From Alphaproteobacteria bacterium (GTDB taxonomy: Bacteria; Pseudomonadota; Alphaproteobacteria; G965222575): a stretch of 64,000 bases of DNA. Below the pieces are notes generated by a model. The model saw only the letters and a program-made list of their open reading frames with translations, ran no database searches and had not been told where the DNA came from. The stretch covers positions 544,001 to 608,000 of the forward strand of contig OZ244958.1 in NCBI GenBank assembly GCA_965222575.1. Direction: 5' to 3'. The position numbers and the translations under genes were made by a program. Of the stretch, positions 1-10,574 are shown piece by piece (position 1 is the stretch's first letter; every line of letters begins with the position of its first letter).

Positions 1-14
1 GAAGAAAAAATAAA

Positions 15-123
15 GGTTAGTTGTTTCTAAAAAGATAAGGCAAATCCAAGTGAAACTCTTGCGCACAGGCAACAGCAGGAGGTTAGTCTCTAAAAAGATA
101 GGGCAAATCTAAGTGAAACTCTT
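15..123 (-). repeat. Direct duplication of the hutU 3' end (15-61 vs 81-123)
   Basis: tctaaaaagataRggcaaatcYaagtgaaactctt occurs twice; the downstream copy reads [19 protein letters not shown] in the hutU frame after its stop. Confidence 0.85.
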
Positions 124-1749
124 TAGCGTCCTTGTAGCCAGCACTACTGTGACGCATCACGCCCGTTGCCGGGTCGTTGAACAAAACCCGCCCTAAGGCT
201 TCTTCCGCTAAAGCCGACCCATCACAGACCAACCCTATGCCAGCATGTTGACTATAGCCCATGCCAACACCCCCCCCGTGGTGTAAACTCACCCAAGTCG
301 CCCCACTAGCACAGTTCAACAGACCATTTAATAATGGCCAATCCGATATGGTATCAGAACCATCTAGCATGCCTTCCGTTTCCCTGTTAGGCGATGCCAC
401 AGAGCCACTATCTAAATGGTCACGTCCTATCACAATCGGCCCCTTTACCTCCCCACGGCGTACCATTTCATTAAAAGCTAAGCCTAAAGCCCTCCTGCCT
501 CCTAAGCCTATCCAGCAAATACGCGCGGGAAGACCTTGAAAGGGTATCTTCTTTTGCGCCATGCTTAACCACTGCTGTAGGGATTTATCATCAGGAAACA
601 TCTCCTGTGCCTTAGCGTCTGTAGCGGCGATATCTTTAGCGTCTCCTGAAAGGGCTATCCAGCGAAAGGGCCCAATACCACGACAAAATAAAGGACGTAT
701 ATAGGACGGAACAAAGCCCGGAAAACAAAAGGCCTCTTTTAACCCTGCTTCAAAAGCCATCTGGCGAATGTTGTTGCCATAATCTACCACCGGCACCCCT
801 TGTTGATAAAATCCTATCATAGCCTCAACCTGTTGCTTCATAGACGCTTTCGCTGCTTGCTCTACGCTTTTAGTATCCTTCTTTTGCGCACACCGCCATT
901 CCTCTAGCGTCCATCCAGCCGGTAAATACCCGTAAATAGGGTCATGCGCCGCCGTTTGGTCTGTCACTAAAGACGGCCAAAAATCCCCTTGGTAAATTAA
1001 GGGATAAATCTCTGCCGCATTGCCTAAAAGACCAACTGATACAGGAGACCCAGACGATAACCCCTCTTGAATATACCCTAGTGCTTCCTTAAGTGTCGTC
1101 GCACTCTTGCTCAAATAACCGCTCTTAAGACGCAAAGATATCTTCAAAGCATCACACTCCACCACCAACACAGAAGCCCCCGCCATAGTACCAGCTAAAG
1201 GCTGCGCCCCGCCCATGCCCCCAAGACCAGCCGTTAAAAGCCATTTCCCCGCATAAGACCCTCCATAATGCTGCCGCCCAGCCTCTGCAAATGTCTCATA
1301 AGTCCCTTGTATGATTCCTTTGCCCCGATGTACATCCAAGACCCTGCTGTCATCTGACCATACATCATGAGACCTTTCTTATCCAACTCATGAAAATGCG
1401 ACCATGTACACCACTTCGGAACAAGATTCGAGTTCCCAAGCAACACACGCGGGGCACGCACATGCGTCCGAAACACCCCAGCCGCACGACCAGACTGTAC
1501 CAGCAACGTCTCATCCTTCTCTAACCGCTTCAATACTCCCAGTATCACCTCTAAATCCTCCACAGACCGCGCCGCTTTCCCCATCCCTCCATATACCACT
1601 AAAGACTCAGGCGATTCCCCTACATCTTTATGTAAGGTATTCAGCAACATGCGAAAAATCCCCTCCGTTTGCCAACTTCTACACACGCGTCTCTTATTGC
1701 GAATATTCTCCTCGTAATGAGACAAAAATGAAGGCAACATCCTCATCAT
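83..1749 (-). pseudogene. hutU: Urocanate hydratase split by a 1-nt frameshift near 1318-1323
   Basis: ORF 1234-1749 has LVVYGG, NSNLV and GQMTAGSW; ORF 83-1339 continues [20 protein letters not shown] and [18 protein letters not shown]; could be an error, a pseudogene or recoding. Confidence 0.9.
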
Positions 1750-2552
1750 CTTCCTCCTCCTGTTGTTCCTAATAGGTCAAGAAGACCCGCTAGTAAAGAC
1801 CCTAGCCTCTTGCGCAACGCCTCAAACGCCTCTTTGCGGTAAGCGTGGGTGTCTTCCTCTAAATAAAGCCGTTGTGCTAGCTCTATCTGTAGTGCCTCAA
1901 TCCCATGAGAAGGAGTCCCGTAATGACGAATCGTATAGCCGCCATGAAATCTTTTGTTCGTGACAACCTCCTCACCAGAAAATCCCTCGCGGACAAAAGA
2001 GACAATGTCTGTACTACAAGACTTTCCATGATAAGAACCAAGATTTACCGCTGCGATCTTCCCCTGAAATAAATACGGCAAATGGGACTTAATAGAATGA
2101 CAATCTAGGAGCAAGAGTCGGGGATGATGCTGTTTTAGCCTATGAATCTGGTAGGTAATGGCTTGGTGATAGGGTGCATGAAAGTGCCGCTTGCGAAACC
2201 TTAGTGCCTCTTCATTGGGGCTGTCTTCCTTATACAACTTTTCTCCGCGAAAAGTTGTGAGCGGACACAGTGAGGTGTTGTTATATTGCTCATACAACGC
2301 CTCATCGGTAGGAGGGCGATTCGCATCTATCAGATAGCGGTGAAACTGCGCCTGCACAATGGTGATATCGGGATGTAGACCTTCATAGAGTTTATCAACA
2401 TACCAGTCTGTGTCCTCAAGAGCTTTCCCTTTCTCTGTGAGTGCGTTCAGAACAGAGGAGGGCAGATAAGTGCTTGTGTGGGGAAAGGTAAGAATGAGAG
2501 GGGCTGTCCCTTCTTTCACGTAAGCGGCGGCGGGATGTGTGGCTTTTATCAT
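1746..2552 (-). CDS. hutG: N-formylglutamate amidohydrolase
   Basis: [22 protein letters not shown] and ALQIEL motifs; start placed at the ATGA overlap with the hutH stop. Confidence 0.9.
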   Translation of the reverse strand: MIKATHPAAAYVKEGTAPLILTFPHTSTYLPSSVLNALTEKGKALEDTDWYVDKLYEGLHPDITIVQAQFHRYLIDANRPPTDEALYEQYNNTSLCPLTTFRGEKLYKEDSPNEEALRFRKRHFHAPYHQAITYQIHRLKQHHPRLLLLDCHSIKSHLPYLFQGKIAAVNLGSYHGKSCSTDIVSFVREGFSGEEVVTNKRFHGGYTIRHYGTPSHGIEALQIELAQRLYLEEDTHAYRKEAFEALRKRLGSLLAGLLDLLGTTGGGR

Positions 2553-4060
2553 AGCAGGTCTTTTGGTAAGTTGGGAGGAGGTGCAGACCAAAGCAGGCGT
2601 TGTGCTGCTTTTATGTCTGTGGCCATATAGCGGTCTTCTTTGAGAAAGGGCACTTGAGACCGTAAGTGTGTGATGAGTTTTTGTACAGGTGGGGATGTTG
2701 TCAAAGGAGAGCGTAGTTCTACAGCTTGGACGCCCATCATCCACTCTATGGCGAGTATGTAGGAGAGGTTTTTCAGCATTTTTTGAAGCCGTAAGGCGCT
2801 CCCTGCGGACATGGACACATGGTCTTCCTGATAGGCGCTTGTAGGCGTGGTATCAAGGGAGCAAGGGGAGGCTAGGTGGCGATTTTCTGCCATGAGGGCT
2901 GCCGTGGTGACCTCAGCCATCATAAAACCGCAGTTCAATCCAGCATTAGGGGCTAGGAAGGCTGGTAGACCATAGTTCAAGGAAGGGTCTACTAACAGAG
3001 CGCTGTGCCGTTGGGATAATGTCCCTATGGTGGAGAGGGCAAGGGCGAGTTTATCGGCTGCAAATCCTAGATACTGACCATGAAAATTGCCTTCAGAGGC
3101 AATACCATCAGATACAAGCACTGGATTATCTGTGACGCTATTGAGTTCAGTTTCTAGAGTTTTCCTGACTTCTTGTAAAAGTTCCCAACTAGCCCCTAAC
3201 ACTTGCGGCATACAACGCAAAGAGTAAGGGTCTTGTACTCTTGTATCCTCATGGCGGTGACTTTCTCTGATGGCAGAGCCTTGTAAAAGGGAAAAGAGGC
3301 ATTTTCCTACTCTTTGTTGTCCCTCGTGTGTTCGTGGTGCTAAGGCTTCCTGTTGAAAAGGGCTATCAGCACCGCACACACCCTCCACGGAAAGCGCCCC
3401 TAGTGCTACAGACCATTTCAATAAGTCATCAGTCCGCTTAAGTGCCAACATCACAAGCGCTGTTGAGACTTCCGTTCCATTGATGAGCGCTAACCCTTCC
3501 TTTGCGTACAGAGTCATTGTTGAAAGACCGCAAGCCTTTAAGGCCTGCTCAGCGGGCAACCTGTCATTATTCTCCGTTAGCACATATCCATGGCCTATTA
3601 AAACAGCTGCTAGGTGCGCTAAAGGTGCTAAGTCTCCTGATGCCCCCACAGAACCTCGCGAGGGAATCAACGGATGCACATGGTGCGTCACCAACTTTTC
3701 TAGCCCTTCCAGTACCTCCCATCTCACCCCTGATAACCCTTGTCCTAACGATAAAAGCTTAAGTCCTATCACCAGCCGTACCACAGGCTTAGACAAAGGC
3801 TTCCCAACCCCGCTACAATGCGATAGTACCAAGTTCTCTTGAAGCTTCTGAAGATTCTTAGAGGAAATCAACACATTGCCAAGCTTGCCAAATCCCGTTG
3901 TGAGACCATAGACGACTCTTTTTCCTTGTAACACAGCCTCTACTTTCTTGCGCCCCTCTAAGACAGCACTCTGAGCACTCCTGCACAAGTGAAAAGACTC
4001 CCCCTCAAGTAACTGAAATGCCGCCTCAATGGACATCTCTTTCGGTTTCAACACAATCAT
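2549..4060 (-). CDS. hutH: Histidine ammonia-lyase
   Basis: YGLTTGFG, GSVGASGDLAPL (ASG MIO tripeptide), QDPYSLRC, NFHGQ, QEDHVSM. Confidence 0.97.
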   Translation of the reverse strand: MIVLKPKEMSIEAAFQLLEGESFHLCRSAQSAVLEGRKKVEAVLQGKRVVYGLTTGFGKLGNVLISSKNLQKLQENLVLSHCSGVGKPLSKPVVRLVIGLKLLSLGQGLSGVRWEVLEGLEKLVTHHVHPLIPSRGSVGASGDLAPLAHLAAVLIGHGYVLTENNDRLPAEQALKACGLSTMTLYAKEGLALINGTEVSTALVMLALKRTDDLLKWSVALGALSVEGVCGADSPFQQEALAPRTHEGQQRVGKCLFSLLQGSAIRESHRHEDTRVQDPYSLRCMPQVLGASWELLQEVRKTLETELNSVTDNPVLVSDGIASEGNFHGQYLGFAADKLALALSTIGTLSQRHSALLVDPSLNYGLPAFLAPNAGLNCGFMMAEVTTAALMAENRHLASPCSLDTTPTSAYQEDHVSMSAGSALRLQKMLKNLSYILAIEWMMGVQAVELRSPLTTSPPVQKLITHLRSQVPFLKEDRYMATDIKAAQRLLWSAPPPNLPKDLL

Positions 4061-5250
4061 TACACAATCCTTCCGTCTTTCACTCTAGCGTGTAAAGGAT
4101 TATGCCCTAACTTATAGGCAATCTCATTGATATTCTCTACATTCCATATGGCGCAATCGCCCGCCTGCCCAACTGCTAGCCTGCCCCCCTTCCATCCTAA
4201 GGCTTGCGCTGCCACTGAGGTGACCCCTAGTAAGGTCTCCCAAGGACTAAGACCGAATAAGACCATAGCCATGTTCATGGCTATCAGTAACGACTCAACA
4301 GGAGAAGACCCAGGATTGCAATCCGTTCCTATGGCGAGCGGTACCTTGTATTTCCTTAAAGCCTCAATCGGTGGCCGCTTAGAACCTCCTAAATAATAAA
4401 ATGCCCCGGGCAATAACACTGCAACAACCCCCGCTCTCCCCATGGCCTTCGCCCCTTCCTCATTCAAATACTCAAGGTGATCCGCACTCAAAGCCCCCTC
4501 TTCAGCAGCCAATAGACCTCCCCCCTGATCCGATAACTGGTCAGCGTGAAGCCGTACAGGTACCCCTAAGGTTTTCGCATAACGACACAATGTTCGCGCT
4601 TGTGAGGGCGAAAATCCGATGTTGTCACAAAAAATATCCACACAATCCACTAACCCCTCTTTCACCGCTACCGGTAATACAGCCCCTGCTAAAAACTCTA
4701 TGTAATCCTCAGCACTCTCATAGTCAGAAGGCACGCAGTGCGCCCCTAAAAATGTTTGAAAAATCCGCACCCTTCTCTCCGCTTTGAGTCGCTTTGCTAC
4801 CCGTAACATCTTAAGCTCCGTTTCAAGGTCTAAGCCATATCCAGACTTTATCTCCAACACCCCAACGCCGCTTGCTAACAAATTGTCAACACGCATAAGC
4901 GCCGATGCTAATAGCTCTTCTTCCGATAAAGCCCGCGTCTTACGGCATGTAGACATAATACCACCCCCTCTTAACGCAATCTCTTCATAAGAAACCCCTT
5001 TTATCCGCTCCTCAAATTCCCACGCCCTATGACCCCCATAAATAACATGAGAATGACAATCTATCAAAGACGGCGTTATCAACCGCCCCTCCATATCATA
5101 CACTCGTCCCCCTCTTTTGATAACAGGTAACTCCTTTTGTGCCCCTAACCACGCAATCTTCCCCTCCTCCACAACTAAGGCACCCCTCTCAATCACCTCT
5201 TCGGCTCTCTCACATGGTGAAATCCGCACGTTTCGAAACACCGCTCTCAT
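4060..5250 (-). CDS. hutI: Imidazolonepropionase
   Basis: DCHSH, EIKSGYGL, LHADQL, SADHLE, TDCNPGSSP. Confidence 0.96.
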   Translation of the reverse strand: MRAVFRNVRISPCERAEEVIERGALVVEEGKIAWLGAQKELPVIKRGGRVYDMEGRLITPSLIDCHSHVIYGGHRAWEFEERIKGVSYEEIALRGGGIMSTCRKTRALSEEELLASALMRVDNLLASGVGVLEIKSGYGLDLETELKMLRVAKRLKAERRVRIFQTFLGAHCVPSDYESAEDYIEFLAGAVLPVAVKEGLVDCVDIFCDNIGFSPSQARTLCRYAKTLGVPVRLHADQLSDQGGGLLAAEEGALSADHLEYLNEEGAKAMGRAGVVAVLLPGAFYYLGGSKRPPIEALRKYKVPLAIGTDCNPGSSPVESLLIAMNMAMVLFGLSPWETLLGVTSVAAQALGWKGGRLAVGQAGDCAIWNVENINEIAYKLGHNPLHARVKDGRIV

Positions 5251-5316
5251 TACTTAAATCCCTCTTCCCTCTCTTAAACATGCTACACTTAGGCTACTAT
5301 ACTATCTCAACACAAC

Positions 5317-6684
5317 ATGACGCTCCCTGTCAAACCCTCCCTCTTTGCCCCTTTGGCTTTCCTGCCAGAAGGATGGAGAGAAAATGTCCGCATCCGTATA
5401 GATGAAGACGGCAAAATCCTGCAAGTCAAGACAGACACAACCCCCTGCCCACAAGACCTCCACCTCCATCATCGTGTTTTATTGCCTGCTCCTGCTAATC
5501 TCCACAGCCACGCCTTCCAAAGAGGGCTTGCAGGCCTCACAGAAACTAGAGGCCGTCAATCCGACTCCTTCTGGACGTGGCGTCAAAAATTATACCGATT
5601 CGCACAACTGCTCAACCCGGAGGATGTAGAAAACCTCACCGCACTTGCCTATATGGAAATGATGGAGGCAGGATACGCTTCTGTGGCGGAATTCCATTAC
5701 CTACACCATAGACCTTCAGGAAAACCCTATGACCTGCCAGAGGAACTTTCCTTACGCGTGTGTGCGGCGGCCGGTCAGGTTGGCATAGGACTCACCTTGC
5801 TCCCTGTCCTCTATTCCTATGCTTCTCTCAATCAAGACCCGCCTCATCCCGCTCAACGGCGCTTCATCAATCAGAGGGACTCCTTTCAAAAACTCATGGA
5901 AAACTGTACCGCACACTTGCCTCTCCTGCCCCCCGATACCGTCCTAGGCGTAGCCCCGCACTCCCTGCGTACTGTTGCAACAGAGGATATCATTTCTTTC
6001 ATTTCCTCTCTCAACTGCCCTATTCACATACATGTCGCTGAACAACAACAGGAAGTGAAGGAAGTAAAGCACACTCTGAAAACCTCCCCTGTTCAGTGGC
6101 TTTTAGACCATACCTCTTTGGATAAGCGCTGGTGTCTTATCCATTGTACGCACGCTACTAAAAGCGAAGTCACTCAACTAGCCAAACGCAACTGTGTCGT
6201 CGGACTCTGTCCTGTCACAGAAGCCAACTTAGGCGATGGTATCTTCAATGCTAGCGACTATTGCCAAAATGGCGGAATCTTAGGCGTTGGTACGGATTCA
6301 CAGGTTTCTATCTCCTTTACGGAAGAGGTGAAAATGTTGGAATATGCCCAACGGTTGCAAACACAACGCCGTTGCGTGCTGGCTTCACCGCAAACTCCCT
6401 CCTGTGGGCGTTTTTTGTTTGAAGCAGTCTTGACCGGCGGGGGACAAGCCTTAGCTCGAAAAACAGGCCGTATCCAACAACACTTCTGGGCAGACCTCCT
6501 CACACTCAAACCGCTCTCCTCTTACAACAACCCCCATACCCTCTTAGACCAATGGGTCTTTACAGCACAGCTTCCCGTGCAAGAGGTCTTAAGCGCCGGA
6601 CGCCTCTGTGTCAAAAATGGACAGCACATCAAACGCCAAGAAATTCTTCATCGTCTCCACACAACCTTCAAAAAAATACTATAA
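5317..6684 (+). CDS. hutF: Formimidoylglutamate deiminase
   Basis: NLHSHAFQR, DSFWTWR, EFHYLHH, APHSLR, HIHVAEQ, TEANLGDG. Confidence 0.95.
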   Translation: MTLPVKPSLFAPLAFLPEGWRENVRIRIDEDGKILQVKTDTTPCPQDLHLHHRVLLPAPANLHSHAFQRGLAGLTETRGRQSDSFWTWRQKLYRFAQLLNPEDVENLTALAYMEMMEAGYASVAEFHYLHHRPSGKPYDLPEELSLRVCAAAGQVGIGLTLLPVLYSYASLNQDPPHPAQRRFINQRDSFQKLMENCTAHLPLLPPDTVLGVAPHSLRTVATEDIISFISSLNCPIHIHVAEQQQEVKEVKHTLKTSPVQWLLDHTSLDKRWCLIHCTHATKSEVTQLAKRNCVVGLCPVTEANLGDGIFNASDYCQNGGILGVGTDSQVSISFTEEVKMLEYAQRLQTQRRCVLASPQTPSCGRFLFEAVLTGGGQALARKTGRIQQHFWADLLTLKPLSSYNNPHTLLDQWVFTAQLPVQEVLSAGRLCVKNGQHIKRQEILHRLHTTFKKIL

Positions 6685-6771
6685 ATATATGTGCTTCTGT
6701 GTTAACATAGCTTCTCGGGTTTCTTTATCAAGGAAAATCCCCTAAAAAAATAATTTCAAGAGGGTCACACA

Positions 6772-8139
6772 ATGGCTGCAGTACAAAATCGTGGACACTG
6801 GGGGACACGCATAGGCTTTATTCTTGCTGTTTCAGGTTCAGCTGTCGGATTGGGGAATATTTGGAAATTTCCTTACAATGTAGGAGAAAATGGCGGTGGT
6901 GCCTTCGTGTTGATTTATCTTCTCTGTGTGCTTTTTGTGGGGCTTCCTCTTATGATAGGGGAATTTGCTATTGGGCGGGGCGCAAACTTAGACCCAGCAG
7001 GCGCCTTCAAAAAACTAAGCCCTAGAAAGTCTTGGGGGTGGATTGGACTCATGGCTGTGCTGGCTGCCTTTTTGATTATGTCTTTTTATAGCGTTGTTGG
7101 CGGATGGGCTCTTGCTTATACTGTTAAGTCAATTTCTCAATCCGTCACGTCTTTCACCTCACCTGAACAGGCAGCGAGTTACTTCAAAAATTTCGCGGCA
7201 AACCCTGTGCTGATTATCGGCTATACTCTTGCTTTCTTAGCAATTTGCGGCGCCATTGTCATAAAAGGGCAAAAAGGCATTGAACGCTCTTGCGATATCC
7301 TGATGCCGGCTCTTGTGATTTTTATGTTGATTCTCATCGTCCGCGTTCTGACCCTACCAGGGGCCGCTGAAGGGGTAAAATTTTACCTCATCCCTGACTT
7401 CTCAAAAGTTACTGCCGGTACAGTCTTGACCGCTCTTGGACATGCTTTCTTCTCTCTGTCCATTGCAGTAGGCGCTTTGATTACTTATGGAAGCTATTTG
7501 TCCAAAAAGGAAAACCTCCTCTCCGCTGCCGCTTATGTCACCTTCTTTGATACCTTTATAGCAATTATCGCCGGATTCTTGATTTTCCCTATTGTCTTTT
7601 CCATGGGGCAAGACCCAGCTTCAGGACCAGGACTGGTTTTCCATATCTTGCCAGCTTTCTTCTCCTCCTCTTCTTTCGGCGGATTCTTCTCCTTGCTCTT
7701 CTTCTTACTCCTCTCTATCGCTGCAATTACCTCCGGTATCTCCTTGATAGAGACTGTTGTCGCTTATTATATCGATGAGTGGAAGTTCTCCCGATTGAAA
7801 TCCGTTCTCGTGGTCGTCTCCACACTCTTCTTGGTGAGTATCCCTTCCGCTTTGTCTTTTGGTCTATGGAAACATATCACACTCTTTAATATGACCTTCT
7901 TTGACCATGTGGAAAATATTGCGGACAATTATCTTCTACCGCTAGGAGGCGTGATGGTTGCTCTCTTCATTGGATATGTCTGGAGCCCCCAAGCCGCTCA
8001 AAAAGAATTGGAAACCGGCGCTAAAGTCTTTACCTTCGCACCGCTTTGGGCTTTCTTAATCCGATATGTTATCCCTGTTTTGGTTTTGACTATTCTCTTA
8101 GCGAAAGTCTTCCCCTTAGCGAAAGCCATCATATCATAA
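6772..8139 (+). CDS. Sodium-dependent transporter, neurotransmitter:sodium symporter (SNF/NSS) family
   Basis: GSAVGLGNIWKFPY...GGGAF signature and about 11-12 TM segments; next to hut genes, so possibly amino-acid uptake. Confidence 0.93.
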   Translation: MAAVQNRGHWGTRIGFILAVSGSAVGLGNIWKFPYNVGENGGGAFVLIYLLCVLFVGLPLMIGEFAIGRGANLDPAGAFKKLSPRKSWGWIGLMAVLAAFLIMSFYSVVGGWALAYTVKSISQSVTSFTSPEQAASYFKNFAANPVLIIGYTLAFLAICGAIVIKGQKGIERSCDILMPALVIFMLILIVRVLTLPGAAEGVKFYLIPDFSKVTAGTVLTALGHAFFSLSIAVGALITYGSYLSKKENLLSAAAYVTFFDTFIAIIAGFLIFPIVFSMGQDPASGPGLVFHILPAFFSSSSFGGFFSLLFFLLLSIAAITSGISLIETVVAYYIDEWKFSRLKSVLVVVSTLFLVSIPSALSFGLWKHITLFNMTFFDHVENIADNYLLPLGGVMVALFIGYVWSPQAAQKELETGAKVFTFAPLWAFLIRYVIPVLVLTILLAKVFPLAKAIIS

Positions 8140-8293
8140 GATAAGCCTCCAACCAGCAGGAAGGGGAAAAAAGGGAGTACAGCTTGCGCGCGGGCGGGCG
8201 GCGGGTTAAGGAAAGTGAGGCCTTATCATAGGAAACCCTTGAGGAATGAAATTATTATCCCTTGTCGTTTTGGCGTAAGGAAACTCCTCTGCC

Positions 8294-8731
8294 TTAGCTC
8301 CATTGGAACCCTCCGCCCTCTAAAAGAGGAGAGAAAGGGTTAAAGGCTACTTCCCAAAGAGTCCCATCCGGATCCGAAAAATAACCGGAAAAACCACCCC
8401 AAAATGTCTCAGCACTCGGCTTTATCAACTGGCCTCCTGCTTCTACTACTTTTCCCAAGGTCTCCTTGACTGCCTCTTTTGACATGACATTATACGATAA
8501 CAGCACACTGCTATAAGTCCCTTTTGTTATGCGGCAGTTGGTTTCTGAAAAAAATTTCTCCAACGGATAAAGCGCTAACACCATATCAGGAAGATTATAG
8601 GCAATAATATTTTCCTCTTTCCCACTAGCCGCTTGCCAGCCTAGCCCATCATAAAACGCCCGCGCACGCTCAAGAGACTCAACACCGAGTGTTATCATAC
8701 TGATTCTTTGCTCCATTGCTTTCCCTGTCAT
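8294..8731 (-). CDS. VOC/glyoxalase family protein
   Basis: ITLGVESLERARAFY...FWGGFSGYFSDPDGTLWEVAFNP. Confidence 0.92.
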   Translation of the reverse strand: MTGKAMEQRISMITLGVESLERARAFYDGLGWQAASGKEENIIAYNLPDMVLALYPLEKFFSETNCRITKGTYSSVLLSYNVMSKEAVKETLGKVVEAGGQLIKPSAETFWGGFSGYFSDPDGTLWEVAFNPFSPLLEGGGFQWS

Positions 8732-8836
8732 GACTCCTCCTCCTCTTTGCTTTTGCTCTGGAAAATTTTATTTGTTATTATATTTCAGTTCTTTTATTAT
8801 AAGCAAAAGGATAAATCAACAATAGAGAGAAAAAAG

Positions 8837-9037
8837 ATGACTATGTTAGATAATTTCATCAAGCAGTGTCGTTGGCACGATATCGCTTTGATTAAACTTG
8901 CTGCTTTTGCCTTCGCTTTAATGCTTGCTAAGCTTTGGATGCCTCTTTTGAGTTTAGAGTGGTATTGGTATCTGGTAATTGTGATAGTGGCAGGCATTAT
9001 TCCTGGGTGGAAGCTCTGTTGCGTTAAAAGCAAGTAG
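8837..9037 (+). CDS. Small two-TM membrane protein
   Basis: MTMLDNF...DIALIKLAAFAFALMLAKLW...WYWY; hydrophobic, AT-rich ORF. Confidence 0.6.
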   Translation: MTMLDNFIKQCRWHDIALIKLAAFAFALMLAKLWMPLLSLEWYWYLVIVIVAGIIPGWKLCCVKSK

Positions 9038-9045
9038 CAGAATTG

Positions 9046-10572
9046 CTAGTGATAAAGGGGGGGTGTTAGAGGCGAGCGTTTTCCTCTGGTGTGAGAGGAG
9101 AGGAGTGAAAGCTTCAGTATCTTGAGAAAGGTTGGGAAGGCGTCTAGGAAGTCTTCTGCACTTGTGCCGGGGGGGAGTTTATGGAAGGCAGCGCTGTGAC
9201 ACCAGACAGCACTACAAGCGGCTTGAAAGGGGGGTAGTGATTTTCCTAGCCCGGCAGCAATAAGCCCTGATAAAATGTCTCCACTGCCAGCGATGGCTGC
9301 TGTAGGGTTGGGAAAGTAGTGTACGGAAACGCAGTCTTTTTTCGCTATAATAGTGGTTGCTCCTTTGTAGACCACAAAGGCACCTGAACGCTCAGAAGCA
9401 ATCTGTGTCGCTTCAATTTTATCACAGGTTTCTGTTGTTATTCCGAAGAGGTGTTCAAATTCTCCTCTGTGGGGGGTGAGAACCACGGGCTCTTTTTTCT
9501 TTTTAATGGCGCAAAAAAGCTCATCGGGACAAGAGGCAAACACCCTTAAGCCGTCTGCATCAATCACAACAGGGCAGGGAATGGATAAAACAGAGAGGAC
9601 ATCTTGTCTTGCTTTAGGGCTTCTTCCTAACCCGGGGCCTATGACACAGGCAGAGGCTTTTCGAAACAAGGGCATGGTTTTAAGCGGCCGTTTCTTAGTG
9701 TACCCCATGATGCTAAAGGGGACCTCTCTTCCCCCGCCCCCTACCAATGACACCACACCGCTTCCCATGCGATAAGAGGCTATGGAGGCAAGTGTGCAAG
9801 CACCAGATAAGGCTTCTTCTTCTCCGCCTACCACCACAACATGACCTTTTTGGTACTTATGAGCAAACCTATCCACAGCAAAAATCCCCGCACTCCACCA
9901 TACAGAAGGGTGATTCAAAAAAACGGCCTTCGGTATCCCAACTAAACCGATATCTGACATAATAGTCACACCGCACAATTTCGCATGGGGACTTAAAACA
10001 TGAGACCTTTGTAAGCAGGAAAAGGTGATAGTCTTATCAGCTTGAAAACCTCCGTAACGCCCTTTATACCTTCCTCCTAGTGGGAGATCGATACTAAAAC
10101 GGCGCAGGTCTAAATGAGACAAATCCTGTAAAAAGGAAAAAAAATCCCCCGATAACGCCCCAGAACCCCCCCTGCCGCAAAGACCTTCCACAAGAATATC
10201 TTCCTTACTGAAACGTTCAGAAGCAAAATCATAAGAAAAGGGCACAACAGAACCACCCCACTGTGATTGTGCTGCTCTTCCTTCCGCACTATGGCATGCA
10301 CCGCGGGAGTAGACCTTGACTTTTACCCCTTTCTGCTTGAGATAACACGCTGTAAGATACGCATCTCCACCATTGTTGCCACGCCCACACAGCACAAACA
10401 CGCACCCACCGCGAAGCCCTCTTAAAACCTCTTTCCCCACCGCCCGACCCGCTCGTTGCATTAACTCAAAGCGACTCACCCCCCCACTAAAGGTTGCCTC
10501 CTCTGATTGCTCCACTTCCTCCGGTGTTAAAATATACCCCCTACTCTTCAGTGACGGGATAACACTCAACAC
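9046..10572 (-). CDS. nnr: Bifunctional NAD(P)H-hydrate epimerase/dehydratase
   Basis: LMQRAG, GRGNNGGD, HKYQKG, GPGLG, VIDADGL, TPHRGEF, AGSGDILSG; start approximate. Confidence 0.92.
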   Translation of the reverse strand: MLSVIPSLKSRGYILTPEEVEQSEEATFSGGVSRFELMQRAGRAVGKEVLRGLRGGCVFVLCGRGNNGGDAYLTACYLKQKGVKVKVYSRGACHSAEGRAAQSQWGGSVVPFSYDFASERFSKEDILVEGLCGRGGSGALSGDFFSFLQDLSHLDLRRFSIDLPLGGRYKGRYGGFQADKTITFSCLQRSHVLSPHAKLCGVTIMSDIGLVGIPKAVFLNHPSVWWSAGIFAVDRFAHKYQKGHVVVVGGEEEALSGACTLASIASYRMGSGVVSLVGGGGREVPFSIMGYTKKRPLKTMPLFRKASACVIGPGLGRSPKARQDVLSVLSIPCPVVIDADGLRVFASCPDELFCAIKKKKEPVVLTPHRGEFEHLFGITTETCDKIEATQIASERSGAFVVYKGATTIIAKKDCVSVHYFPNPTAAIAGSGDILSGLIAAGLGKSLPPFQAACSAVWCHSAAFHKLPPGTSAEDFLDAFPTFLKILKLSLLSSHTRGKRSPLTPPLYH

Positions 10573-10574
10573 AA

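Noticed and set aside
2552-2744. Long N-terminal extensions in the ORF track (hutG, nnr, sufS, sufB, sufT, ank3, ank4, znuA)
   Set aside because: They overlap neighbouring genes or regulatory sites; downstream starts fit homology, SD or ATGA coupling better
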